From Eledone cirrhosa (taxonomy: Eukaryota): a stretch of 64,000 bases of DNA. The position numbers and the translations under genes are program-made. The notes below the pieces were generated by a model. The model was not told the DNA's origin. It was given only the letters and a program-made list of their open reading frames with translations, and made no database searches. Positions 35,670-46,350 of the stretch are shown one piece after another. The stretch spans positions 294,748,001 through 294,812,000 of the forward strand of contig OZ024740.1 in NCBI GenBank assembly GCA_964016885.1, written 5' to 3'. Numbering within the stretch: the stretch's first letter is position 1; each line of letters opens with the position of its first letter.

Positions 35670-36780
35670 TTGTTTCTACTTTTGGCACAAGGCCAGTAAT
35701 TATCCAGTACATTACTGGTACTTTATTTTATCGGCCCCGTAAGGATGAAACGCAAAGTTAACCTCGGCGGGATTTGAACTCAGACCGTAAAGAGACGTAA
35801 CTATGCGGGAAAGCATGGCGTCCGACTCTCTACCGATACTGCCAATTAATAATAATGACATCTACTATTTGACACAAGGCCAGCAATTTGAAGGGAAGGG
35901 GAAAGTCGATTAAATCTACCCTAGTGCTTTACTGGTACTTTATTTTACCGACATTTAAGGATGAAAGGCAAAGTTAAACTCGATGGGATTTGAACTCAGA
36001 CCGCAAAAGGTCGTAACTATATGTCACAAAGCAATTTGTACGACGCTCTACCGAAACTTCCAATCCACCACCCTCGATGACAATTAATAAAACAAATGGC
36101 AGCTTCACTTTCTTCTCTCCCCAATTCAAACGAGTGCTGGGCCCAAGCACACGGTCACACTCAACCTGACCTCATATCTTTCTTCATCCTTGACAAAACT
36201 ATCCACTGGCAACTGCCAACCCCTAACTTCTAACGCTCTAATCAGAAATACTGAACCACTTGTACTGTAAGTACTAATACAACTATTAACTACAACCGTG
36301 ACTTGTAATTAAGTATGACTTGATAGTATGTACATTTTCACTAAGGGTTTTAGTTCTTCATATAGTTGCGAGCAAAAACGGACACCCTCTTGGCCAGCAA
36401 TTTGAAGGGAAAGGGCAAAGTCGATTAAATCGACCCCAGTGCGTACTGGTACTTTATTTTATCGACATGTAAGGATGAAAGGCAAAGTTAAACTCGATAG
36501 GATTTGAACTCAGGACGCAAAAGATCGTAACTATATGTCACAAAGCATTCTGTGCGACGCTCTACCGAAACTTCCAATCCACCGCTCTCGATAACAATTA
36601 ATAAAACATTCAGGGTGTAACAACTGGAAGGAAAGACAGCTGTACCAGCACTAGGTTTATACTTTCTTTATTGACTCTTGAAAAATGAAAAGCAAAATGG
36701 ACCTCGGTGGGAGTTGAACTCAGAACGCAGAGACCCGGAACAAATATCTACGCTCTAAAAACCCTGCCAAATCGACTGTC
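35670..36780 (-). mobile_element. Cluster of four SINE copies (35670-35847, 35862-36073, 36392-36585, and a split copy 36335-36775)
   Basis: Repeated Meta-like domain and box B. 35670-35847 shares diagnostic bases with 27127-27304. Confidence 0.8.
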
Positions 36781-36904
36781 TTCATATTCTAGTATACTCT
36801 CAATTAAGCTATGTTCTATGTTTTATTATGAGAACTGAATAAAATATGCATGAATAATTATAATATATAAATAAATAATTTTTTTATTGATAGAAACTTG
36901 ACAA

Positions 36905-37195
36905 AAGATAGTTTCATTTATTGGCCACAAGGGCCGACATATAGGGGACAATATAAAAGACAGGGACTGGGGGGGGGGGGGTACATATACAACGTGTAAA
37001 CAATATAAATAACAAAAGATAGCTAATAGAAAATGTCTCTATTGGAATTGAGAAGTAGCTATACGCCGTAAACCCGTTCACCCTCCTTCATTCTCAGCAC
37101 TGCTCGTACCACATTCAACTCTAAATAATTCGCTCAACGCTTTCTCATCAGAACTTCAGCCCTCAGAAATGTTTTCCCAACCCGCATATTTTCTG
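36905..37195 (-). mobile_element. Tx1/L1-like LINE 3' terminus
   Basis: Ends cccttgtggccaataaatgaaa on -, like 6990-7015 and 63610-63635. Confidence 0.55.
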
Positions 37196-37697
37196 CAGAC
37201 ATATCTATATATTAATTTCAACAATGTCAGTATTCTGTGTGTCATAATTCTCGATTATCATTGGTTCATAGGTTTCAAACACCTCCGCCCACCTCAACGA
37301 CGCCAAACTTAAATTAATATGCATAATGCCAATGAGGGAGTGAGAGAGAGAGTAAGAAACAGAGAGGCAAAGTGAACGCTGTAACTATTACCATGTGTGC
37401 GTGTGTATGTACGTGCGCGTATGTTTATGTGTGTGTGCGTGCGTGCAGCGTTCCACAGAAAGTAAAAACTATCAACATGTGTGAGTATGTAAGTGTGTGT
37501 AAGTGCACGGGTGCATGTGTAAGTTTGCGTGCGTGTGCGCGTTTCCATGCGTGTATGTGTGTGTACGTGGGGCGTTCCACAATCGCCACGCAGTTTATCT
37601 GTCTGTGTGGCTGTCTGTCAGTCTAACATACACAGAGTTGTGAAGGGAGTAAATAGGGACCTTTTTTTACGTTGACGGACATCTTTTATATTTATTA

Positions 37698-39050
37698 CTA
37701 GCAGAAGTACCCGGCGTTGCTCGGGTATTAAATAGCAGTTGTGTATACCATTTATGTCAATACTTCAGTGCTGCTTCGAAAACTATACTTTTACAAAATC
37801 ATCGGCTTTTTCCAAAAGGGGGTTCCAGCCCCCAGGGGTCCCCTACTCATTATGTGCCAATTCTGAGAGTTCACATTCATCTGTAGGACAAACCTAGCCC
37901 ATGTGTCAAGTTTTGTGAAAATCGGTTGCGAACTCCAGAAGTGATGACGTTTTGTTGCATTGCACTGCAGTGCTTCATTCGACTCCAAGAAAGTGGTTAA
38001 AGGGGGTTATCTGCCGGGAGGCCCTATAATCAATATCTGGAACAATGACAGTGCCCATGACCATCCGGAGTACATAAGTAGCCTATGTCTTAAGTTTGGT
38101 GAAAATACTGTAGAAATGCATAAGGTTTATACATACGCGTGCGTGCGTGTGTGTGTGTGTGTGTGTTTGTGGGTGTGTATATATTTGTGTGTGCGTATGT
38201 ATGTGTATGTCCGTCGGGGCATACGTATGTACTGGCCTAAATCTTCACTATTTACTTTTACTATTTTAATAACCACTGTCATTTTCGTTTTCAATTTTAT
38301 TTACATCATTCTTAAACTCCGGGGCTGGAAATCTTTCTGTTATGTTAAATAGAATATTAGTCTAACAACTCCATTTATACCATAAACTTGGTCTTGTCTT
38401 TGCATGAAATTGTTCTTCTCGCTCCACATAACGATGCATTATCCTCGCTTTTTTTCCCGTTCATTGCCAGGGAACGTCTTCACGAACCAAAATATTGTCT
38501 TCCTGTTTTCCTTCGGTTGGAACGTTTCTCGAAATATTGACTTCTGCGTTCACAGACTACTCTCAGTTCAATTTGAATGGGAAATTCCTGTTTCATCGAT
38601 TTTCTCCGTAACCATGGAAGCTTGTACCCTAAAAGTCGACCCAACGCCTCTTCGGGTCATTCTGCATAACTGTGTAAATTTTCGCTGCATTCCACCAAGC
38701 CATTTCGACGTTTATCCGACTACACCTACTTACTTAAATATACAACGTCCGACCACTTCCAATTTATATAGTAGATTGTGTTTTGACAATTGCTCGAAAT
38801 GAATACTGATAATAAAAACAATTCGACTTTATCAAACAGTGAACTACAGCGGCGACGGCGTGCAGCCAGGAATGAAGAAAAACGGGCCGAACAGCGCCAT
38901 CGGAACGCCGAACTTCAGAGGCGAAGACGTGCCGCCATGAATAGAGAGGAGCTGGCTGAACAACGCCAACGAAACACTGGAGCCAAGCAGCGACGGAGTG
39001 CTGCAATGGTTGAAGACCAACTGGCCAAGCATCATCTTTTATATTAATTA
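37698..39050 (-). mobile_element. Non-autonomous Helitron-like element (3' end certain, 5' extent tentative)
   Basis: Minus-strand 3' end cccgagcaacgccgggtacttctgCTAG|t, and a taatataaaagat 5'-type motif at 39033-39045. Confidence 0.55.
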
Positions 39051-39409
39051 TCTATATCTATATCTACATATAATATAAAAGATTGGAACTTCCATCATCC
39101 TTTTGAGAAACGTGGAACAACCACGTCTATGCAATGATACACGTTTTACAGTCAGGCAGAAGATGAACAAGCTCCTAGAGGTCACTATTCTAGGTGGGAG
39201 CACCTAGAATTGTTCATATACTATGCACAAACGGTACAACGAAGAATCTGGTATATCTGGAAGACTTTTTTTACTGTTTTCTGTATCACACAGACACCAC
39301 GGACTCGCCTCATACTGTAACCAGACAAATATCCAATACAGTCATTTTCTCTTTGACCTGTCTTCTCTTATCATCTGTTTACCCGGGCGAAGCTGGGTAC
39401 GTCAGCTAG
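39051..39409 (+). mobile_element. Short Helitron retaining the helicase C-terminus
   Basis: a|TCTA..ataaaagat start, SRVGAPRIVHILCTNGTTKNLVYLE, and hairpin cccgggcgaagctggg followed by CTAG|t. Confidence 0.8.
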
Positions 39410-39804
39410 TACTTATAAATGTTCAAAACTAAACATCAACCACATCGATCGTACTGATCTGAAAGGTTTTTAAAGGGCCATGAGCGCAATGTCTCCCCCC
39501 ACCCACCTTTTTTCTACTAGTGTGTATAAAAAGTTAATGAACGAAGAATTCTTTGCACGCATGCATGAACCCTTAACTTCTAATTGAGTCGTAGAGGCAT
39601 CGTAATGATAGACGGCGTGTCTTGGTCATATAAACTCGGTAGAGCCTTTCATTCCCCAAGTGCAAACACAGCTGATTTCTTCAAGCGAAACAGAGAGTAA
39701 GGGCGAGACAGAAAGAAGTTAGAAAGAACTATAGCGGAAGAATCGATCTCAGTATTACACTGGTATTTTATTTATAGACCTCGAAAGGAGGGAAATATTT
39801 TATA

Positions 39805-39963
39805 CAGACCTGCCAACCTTTAATAACCCAAACGGGGAGTACCATGAAAAGTGCTCCAAAAAGGAGAGAAATGAGGCAAAATAGGGATATTTTACATAAT
39901 AAAAGCTATACCCCAAGGTGGGTGGGAGATCTCCCCGTCCTACGAGGAGAGTTGACAGGTCTG
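39805..39963. mobile_element. hAT-type MITE (uninterrupted paralogue of 27020-27393, opposite orientation)
   Basis: TIRs cagacctgccaac / gttgacaggtctg. Confidence 0.8.
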
Positions 39964-39969
39964 TTTATA

Positions 39970-40390
39970 GAATACTATAAAGGTTTCCACAAGTTACGGG
40001 GACGATATAAAATATCCAGTGAATCCACCAATTATATTGTGTTAGACAGTTGAATAATCAATCATCTCTTGAATAGGAGTCTCCAATAAACGTTAAGACT
40101 TATCTATATTGTGTTCACAGCTAAAATGATAGTTATACTGTGTAATGTAACCGAAATATATTTTGTCAAGTGTTTGTAGCATAATTGCTACCATAGTAAC
40201 TGATAAGTCTTTTTGACTTCTACAGAAAGGTATAGTCAGTGATCTAAGCAATATTAAAGAAGTACCCTCTGACGTCTTTTTGATCGCTTTATATATCGTG
40301 GTAGTTGTAAGTAACTAGATTTTGATATACACTCTTTACTGGTTTGGTAAATTTTTAAATTTGAAAATTTTTAAATTTGAAAAGCATTTT
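39970..40390 (+). pseudogene. LRR-coding remnant, apparently resuming at 45840-46010 after the retroelement nest
   Basis: TDKSF*LLQK..DLSNIKEVPSDVF (40241-40279), LFTGLVN/KFLNLKS. After the nest: LSL*YSLSLRNI/YDCFKSL. Confidence 0.45.
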
Positions 40391-40458
40391 TTGGTTTTGT
40401 TTTAGATGGTATGCTGTCTTAATACATACATACATACATACATACATACATACATACA

Positions 40459-40492
<34 letters not shown>

Positions 40493-40510
40493 CATACATA
40501 CATACATACA

Positions 40511-41445
40511 TGGTGGCTGCCCACTCGTTTTCGAGTACGGCCACTATTTTATATCCATGTAGGAGAACCCCTACCGATGCGCTGAACGAGTGTGACTTTT
40601 TAGTCCAGCCAGCGACTTGAAAACCCTGGCACAAACACTACACTTGTGACAATTATTGACACATAGTGCTGGGCCCATGGTACCATGTGACGACAAGTGC
40701 ATACATACATACATGATGGCTGCTCTTTCGTTATCGAGTATGGCCATTACACGATATAATATTATTAATAATTATCAATTAATTCTATCGTGCAATGCCT
40801 GTACGTGAAGATCTTTTTTAAAGTGAGGAAAGACTGTGCACTGAACCAATCCCACTCTCTGAGCGACAATAGCTATAACAATAGCTATATTTTCTTCTGA
40901 AAAGAAGAAAATATCAACATCATCGGTAACTACTGAGCCGAAGGTTTTATGTCGGAGTTATCCCAGTTTCCCGAGTTGCCTTCTAGAAGAATGTTCTGAC
41001 AAAGGCTAGGGGTCCTTCACTCCCAGTGGTTTAACCGCGCGATCGGGTACATAAATACATACATGATGGCTGCCCCCTCGTTATCGAGTACGGCCATTGT
41101 ACGATATACCATTATCAATAATTATTAATTAATTCTATCGTGTAATGCCTGTGCGTGAAGATATTTTTTAAAGTGAGGAAAGACTGTGCACTGAGCCAAT
41201 CCCACTCTCTGAACGACAGTAGCTATAACCCGAAAAGAAGAGATCAACATCATCGGTAACTACTGAGCCGCAGGTTTTATATAGGAGTTATCCCAGTTTC
41301 CTGAGTTTCCTTCTTCTAGAAGAATGCCCTGACAAAGGCTAGGGGTCCCTTCACTCCCAGTGGTTTAACCGCGCGGTACATGTCTATATACATATTTACA
41401 CACTTTTGGATGGCCATTGACTCTTATGAGTTCTTCCGCCCTTTG
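40511..41445 (-). mobile_element. Three tandem 5'-truncated RTE-derived inserts separated by (TACA)n (40511-40700, 40715-41045, 41063-41445)
   Basis: The first encodes CHKCSVCARVFKSLAGLKSHTRSAH and nearly matches 45442-45630. The other two match variant B (24483-25014). Confidence 0.8.
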
Positions 41446-41536
41446 CATACATACATACATACATACATACATACATACATACATACATACATACATACAT
41501 ACATACATACATACATACATACATACATACATACAT

Positions 41537-42632
41537 GCATGAGGATTGCAGCGTCTTCACAGACGATTGTCCTCTCTTATTGATTCTTCGTTGTCATCCC
41601 ATCTGCGCCCATAACTTCATATATGACTTTGTAGATCAGCTGTAGATCCGCATGGTTTACGACACAGGTGACAGAAGAGAGTTGTGCTTTACACAGGACC
41701 GGTGGGGTCATCCTGTTGGACACAATCTTTATGTACCACCATGTATTATTTTAGTCCAGAACTAGTTCTACACACTTTGTTGCATATCACACACGTTGTT
41801 TCGCCAGATCTTTGTTGAGTGGTATTGCGGGTGGTTATACTTTCATGTGACTTCATGTGATTAACATAACCAGCCTTTGAGAGGAGTACACACTGGTAGA
41901 AATTACACGTCCAACTACTGATGACTTCATCTAGACTGTGAGCACAACCCTACCGGAGCTGACGCCTCAGTTGTTTATGTTCTAGACATTCCTCAAAGGT
42001 TTTGCAACTGCCCTTTATGTGCTTTCTCCACTCAGCCCTATTTAGAGCTATCTCATCCCAGTTGTCTATATCTTTGAGGTTGTTCTTGATGCTGTCCTTG
42101 TACCTCATTTTCAGTTTGTGTTGGGGCCTTTTTCCAAGATGGAGCTCACCGTAAAACAGTGGCTTCGGGATCCTGCTTTCTTTCATGCGGACAATATGTC
42201 CTGTCCAGCGCATTTGAGAAGATGTTACTTGGGACTCAATGCTTGGACATTCTGCTTTGATAAGGACATGCATGTCAGGTGTTCTGTCTTGCCACTCGAT
42301 GTTGAATATGCGCCGTAAACATTTTTTGCTGAAAACGCTTTTTGGAGTGTTTGCGTAATAGCGTCCAGGTTTCAGCGGAGTCTAAAAGAGCAAATAGAAC
42401 GCATGATCTATACACACACACACCTTGGTATTGTTGGTAAGTTGCGATTTGCCCAAACTATCTTTTCTTATTTCCTGAAGGCAACAGAGGCCTTCTGAAT
42501 GCGCAAATGTATTTCAGCAACCAAGGAGCCATCATTTGAGAGTGTGCTACCCAAGTAGACAAATTTATCTACTACTCCCAACCTGCTTCTATCAACCGTG
42601 ATATTTGGTTCAGTTTATGGTTCTCCAGGAGC
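41537..42632 (-). mobile_element. RTE (BovB-like) 3' part with three C-terminal C2H2 fingers, inside (TATG)n
   Basis: VDKFVYLGSTLS, QMRWTGHIVRMKESRIPKPLFYGEL..RYKDSIK. Fingers: CNFY..NHMKSH, CVICNK..YMVVH, CHLCRK..SHMK. Confidence 0.88.
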
Positions 42633-42869
42633 ATACATACATATGTGTGCGTATGTATACGCGTGGGTATGTTTTATCATATAAGACATTGTATATAATC
42701 ATCTATCTATGTACGTGTGTATATATATCTGCCTAAATATATTTACATGTATATATATGTTTAGATGAAAGAGGAATGGTTAAGATGCATGTGTAATATG
42801 GGTAGTGTGAAGGTTATAAGATGTTATGTGTGGGGTTGGGAGTGGGATGTGAGTTTATATGTCTGAAAT

Positions 42870-43845
42870 GGGAAAGGGTTCTGTGTTTGTAGAATGATAC
42901 TAATTCTTTTTTCAGATTAATGATGTTTTGTTTGCTGAAGAGAATTACTTTATACCTTGCAGAATTTAGAGTTAGGGGTAAAGTTTTCATCCCCATTAAA
43001 ATACTTCAAGAGATGGAGTATGGTGTGGAATTCTTTCCGGTATCAAATGTGGTTGGCTAATATTTTTTAGGATCTTCTGTTTCCAAGTGTGTGTAAATGT
43101 TGGTTAAAGAGGATTTTGAATGAGTTTGAAGTTAGTCCAATATACTGTCTATCTGAAGATTGTGTAGTGACAATATTAGGTTTTTGTGGAAATATTTGTG
43201 GTTGAAATAATAATTAAGTTGGTTTTTGTAGTTATAGGATCTAGTGTTGGGGATTATGTAAGTTGGACCATTTGTTTTTTTTTTTGCAGTTGATGCAAGG
43301 TAGGGACTGGGGTTGTAGAATATGAGAATTTGATGAGGGGTTATTTTTGTACCGGAGGAAATCTGACTAAGTTAAGGAAGTGCTTGGAGAGAGGTATGGT
43401 TACTTGTAGGTTGTATGGTAGATTATACCAACTTACATTCTCTTTTTTTGTTTTTATTTCTAAGGGTGTTTAGTTTTAAGGGTATTGTTGCGTTGCGTCC
43501 ATATTAAAGCAGGAAATATTATGATAAAAATTGAAAAATATGAGAGAAAACAGGAGTTTTTTTTATATGAAGGGATGGGTTGAAGGATGTGCATATGTAT
43601 TGGAATGTTTCGTTAGGCTTTATATATGGTGAGTGTATGGAATTATTTGGTTCTAGTGTAACGTCGAAGTAATTTACAGTTTCTATCTCGATGGTTATGG
43701 AGATTTTCAGCCCGACACTTTCAGTTCCTAAAGTTGTCTGTAACTCTGGAATTCATGTCCCTAATGCTATCAGCCCTATAAATGCCGACTTCGACAAATG
43801 GGAATTTGTTGTTTATAGTGTGTAACAAAAATAGTCCAATGAAAC
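42870..43845 (-). mobile_element. Decayed Penelope-like element (RT end plus GIY-YIG)
   Basis: GLFLL..GIYRAD, VNYFDVTL..PYIKPN, VSWYNLPY, QYIGLTSNSFK, INLKKELVSFYKHR. Confidence 0.8.
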
Positions 43846-43959
43846 CATTGTATGTATGTATGTATGTGGGCCCGGAGAGCGATGGGCTCCACAAGGCTTA
43901 AAATGTCCAAAAAACGCCGTATGTCAATACGAGACCTTACACATACATACATACATACA

Positions 43960-45372
43960 TAATATGGGACAGGGAAAAGAAAGTATGCACAGTAGTGGAA
44001 GTTAGCTGCACAGCAGATGCCAATATAATATCAAAGATTAGCGAAAAGGAGAATATTTATGCAGAACTGATGAGAAATCTGCAGATGCTCCACCTTGATT
44101 ACACCTTCAGATTTATGCATGTGATTATTGGGGCACTGGGGTATGTTAGTAACTGCCTCAATACAAATCTTGAGAAGCTAGGCTTCACAGAAACAGAAAG
44201 AACACAACTAGTTAGGAAATTACAAGTACAATCCATTAATGGAACAGTAAAAATATGAAAAACATTCCAAAAATGTTACATCTAATAACTACATATACAC
44301 ATGTACAGATACAAAGCACATACACATGCACACATAAGATGGAAGGCACACACCTGCGTTTTGCTGGCATTAGCGTTAAGGTACCATTTTTTGTAGTATG
44401 CAGAGAGAGTTGCCCTTGATAGAACGCTCTCCTTCAAACAACACAGACAAACTTAAAAGTAAACTGGCAACTAGAAATAATCTCGTCAGCAAACTAACCA
44501 ACACCAGCTGGGGTGGAGATCCCATAACACTGAGGCAAACAGCATTGGCACTCTGCTACTCCACCGCAGAATATTGTTCACCAGTATGGGCAAGGTCGTG
44601 CCATGGCAACAGAGTTGACCCAGAGTTGAACAAATCATGCCGGATCATCACCGGAACATTAAAAGCAACTCCCCTTCCAGCCGTATATACTCTTGCCGGC
44701 ATTCCACCGCCCCACATACGACTAGAGGTCAACGCAAAAACTGAACGGTACAAACAACAACACGATCCCAGGCATCCACTCTATGGCCACCAGGAAATAA
44801 GAAGACGATTAAAATCTCGAAAAAGCTTCTTTACCGTGGAAAGCCTGGAGCATGCACAATCGGCAGCTTACAGGTGAGAGAAGTGGAGGGAGAGTGACCG
44901 CCGCCCACCCAACGCGGCCTTACCAAGCCCTAATGAAAGCCTCCCCAATGGAACATCTCTTAGCAGAAAGGACTGGGTAACCCTAAACAGGGCCAGACCC
45001 AAAACGGGCAAAACTGGAGACAACCTCCACAAGTGGGGATGGGCCACCTGCGCTGAGTACCCCTGAGGCGAGACCTCCCAGACCATAGCCCACATTCTCC
45101 GTGGGTGCTCACTGGGACCCACATACTCCGACCAAGACCTGATGGAAGAAAACGACGCTGCACTTCAATGGATACGGCACTGGCGCGACAAGATATGAAG
45201 ATGATGCACACATACAATTCAAAACATACAATAACATCCATATATACACATGCAGGCATACATAATCTACCTAGTTGATGTGTAAATTCCAATGAGAGAG
45301 TCTTGTGTCTATATTAGAAACCGACTCTCTCTCTATTAGTAAACATTTGTGAAATTATAAAACCAGAAGAAC
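43960..45372 (+). mobile_element. R4/Dong-clade 3' end (RLE 43960-44270 plus 3' UTR) between (CATA)n runs, interrupted by Vingi
   Basis: IWDREKKVCTVVEVSC..KENIY..VIIGALGYV..LGF..GTVKI; the UTR ends agaagaacatacatac. Confidence 0.75.
44400..45200 (+). mobile_element. Vingi/Ingi-clade LINE 3' fragment
   Basis: RNNLVSKLTNTSWGG..ALALCYSTAEYCSPVW..IPPPHIR, then DWVTLNRAR..LHKWG..QTIAHILRGC; no RNase H. Confidence 0.8.
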
Positions 45373-45441
45373 ATACATACACACATACATACATACATAC
45401 ATACATACATACATACATACATACATACATACATACATACA

Positions 45442-45800
45442 TAGTGGCTGCCAACTCGTTTTCGAGTACGGCCACTACTTTATATCCATGTAGGATAACC
45501 CCTACCGATGCGCCGAACGAGTGTGACTTTTTAGTCCAGCCAGCGACTTGAAAACTCTGGTACAAACACTACACTTGTGACAATTATTGACACATAGTGC
45601 TGGGCCAATGGTACCATGTGACGACAAGTGCAGAGAGATCTCCAGTGCCGTGAAGCTTTTATAGTGAGCAAAGGCACGGCACAAAGCCAGTCCCACTCTC
45701 TTAACCAAGATGATATTTACCAAAAAGAAGAACAAGTCAACATCATTGGATACCATCAGAGTTGCAGGTGTTATATCAGAGTTTTCCTTCGCCTAGAATT
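45442..45800 (-). mobile_element. Bipartite RTE-derived element, variant C (5'UTR fused to a zinc-finger-bearing 3' end)
   Basis: ctaggcgaaggaaaactctgat fused to CHKCSVCTRVFKSLAGLKSHTRSAHR* plus UTR; (TATG)n on both sides. Confidence 0.75.
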
Positions 45801-46014
45801 CTACCTTGACATACATACATACATGCATGTATGTATGTAAAACTACAGTTCAAATCTCAGGGTTTATTTTAATAAAAAATTGGAACTGCACAAATCTTTA
45901 AGGCAGGTGCCATGACTCAGCCTTTGATATTCTCTGAGTCTAAGAAACATTTTATGATTGTTTTAAGTCTTTTAACTACTATTGTAAGCTCATGTAATAT
46001 TTGACACAAGATGT

Positions 46015-46348
46015 AAGTGACGATGAGTGTTACAACTGTACGATCAACAAGACAGCCTTCTCGTGAATTAACGCGTAAGTGACTGAGCATTCCTACAGAG
46101 ACGCGCACCCATTAACGCAATTCTCAGGAAGATTCAGCTAGACACAATGTGTGACAAGGCTAGCCTTTTGAATTACAGCTACTATACATCTAACGGGCTT
46201 CTAAACAATTTCCGCATACTCAATTTCGCTCACGAGGCATGGGTCGACCTGAAACTAATGTAAATGATGTGTTCAATATGTCACAGAGTGGGGTTCAACT
46301 CGAGACCGAATGATTGCGGAGCGAAATCCTTAACCATTCGGTCATGCT
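46015..46348 (-). mobile_element. tRNA-derived CORE-type SINE
   Basis: Paralogous to 13440-13755; its head abuts the 31-bp satellite. Confidence 0.7.
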
Positions 46349-46350
46349 TC

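Noticed and set aside
38300-38700. Possible piggyBac Cys-rich C-terminus on -
   Set aside because: No TTAA/TIR and only a partial Cys pattern.
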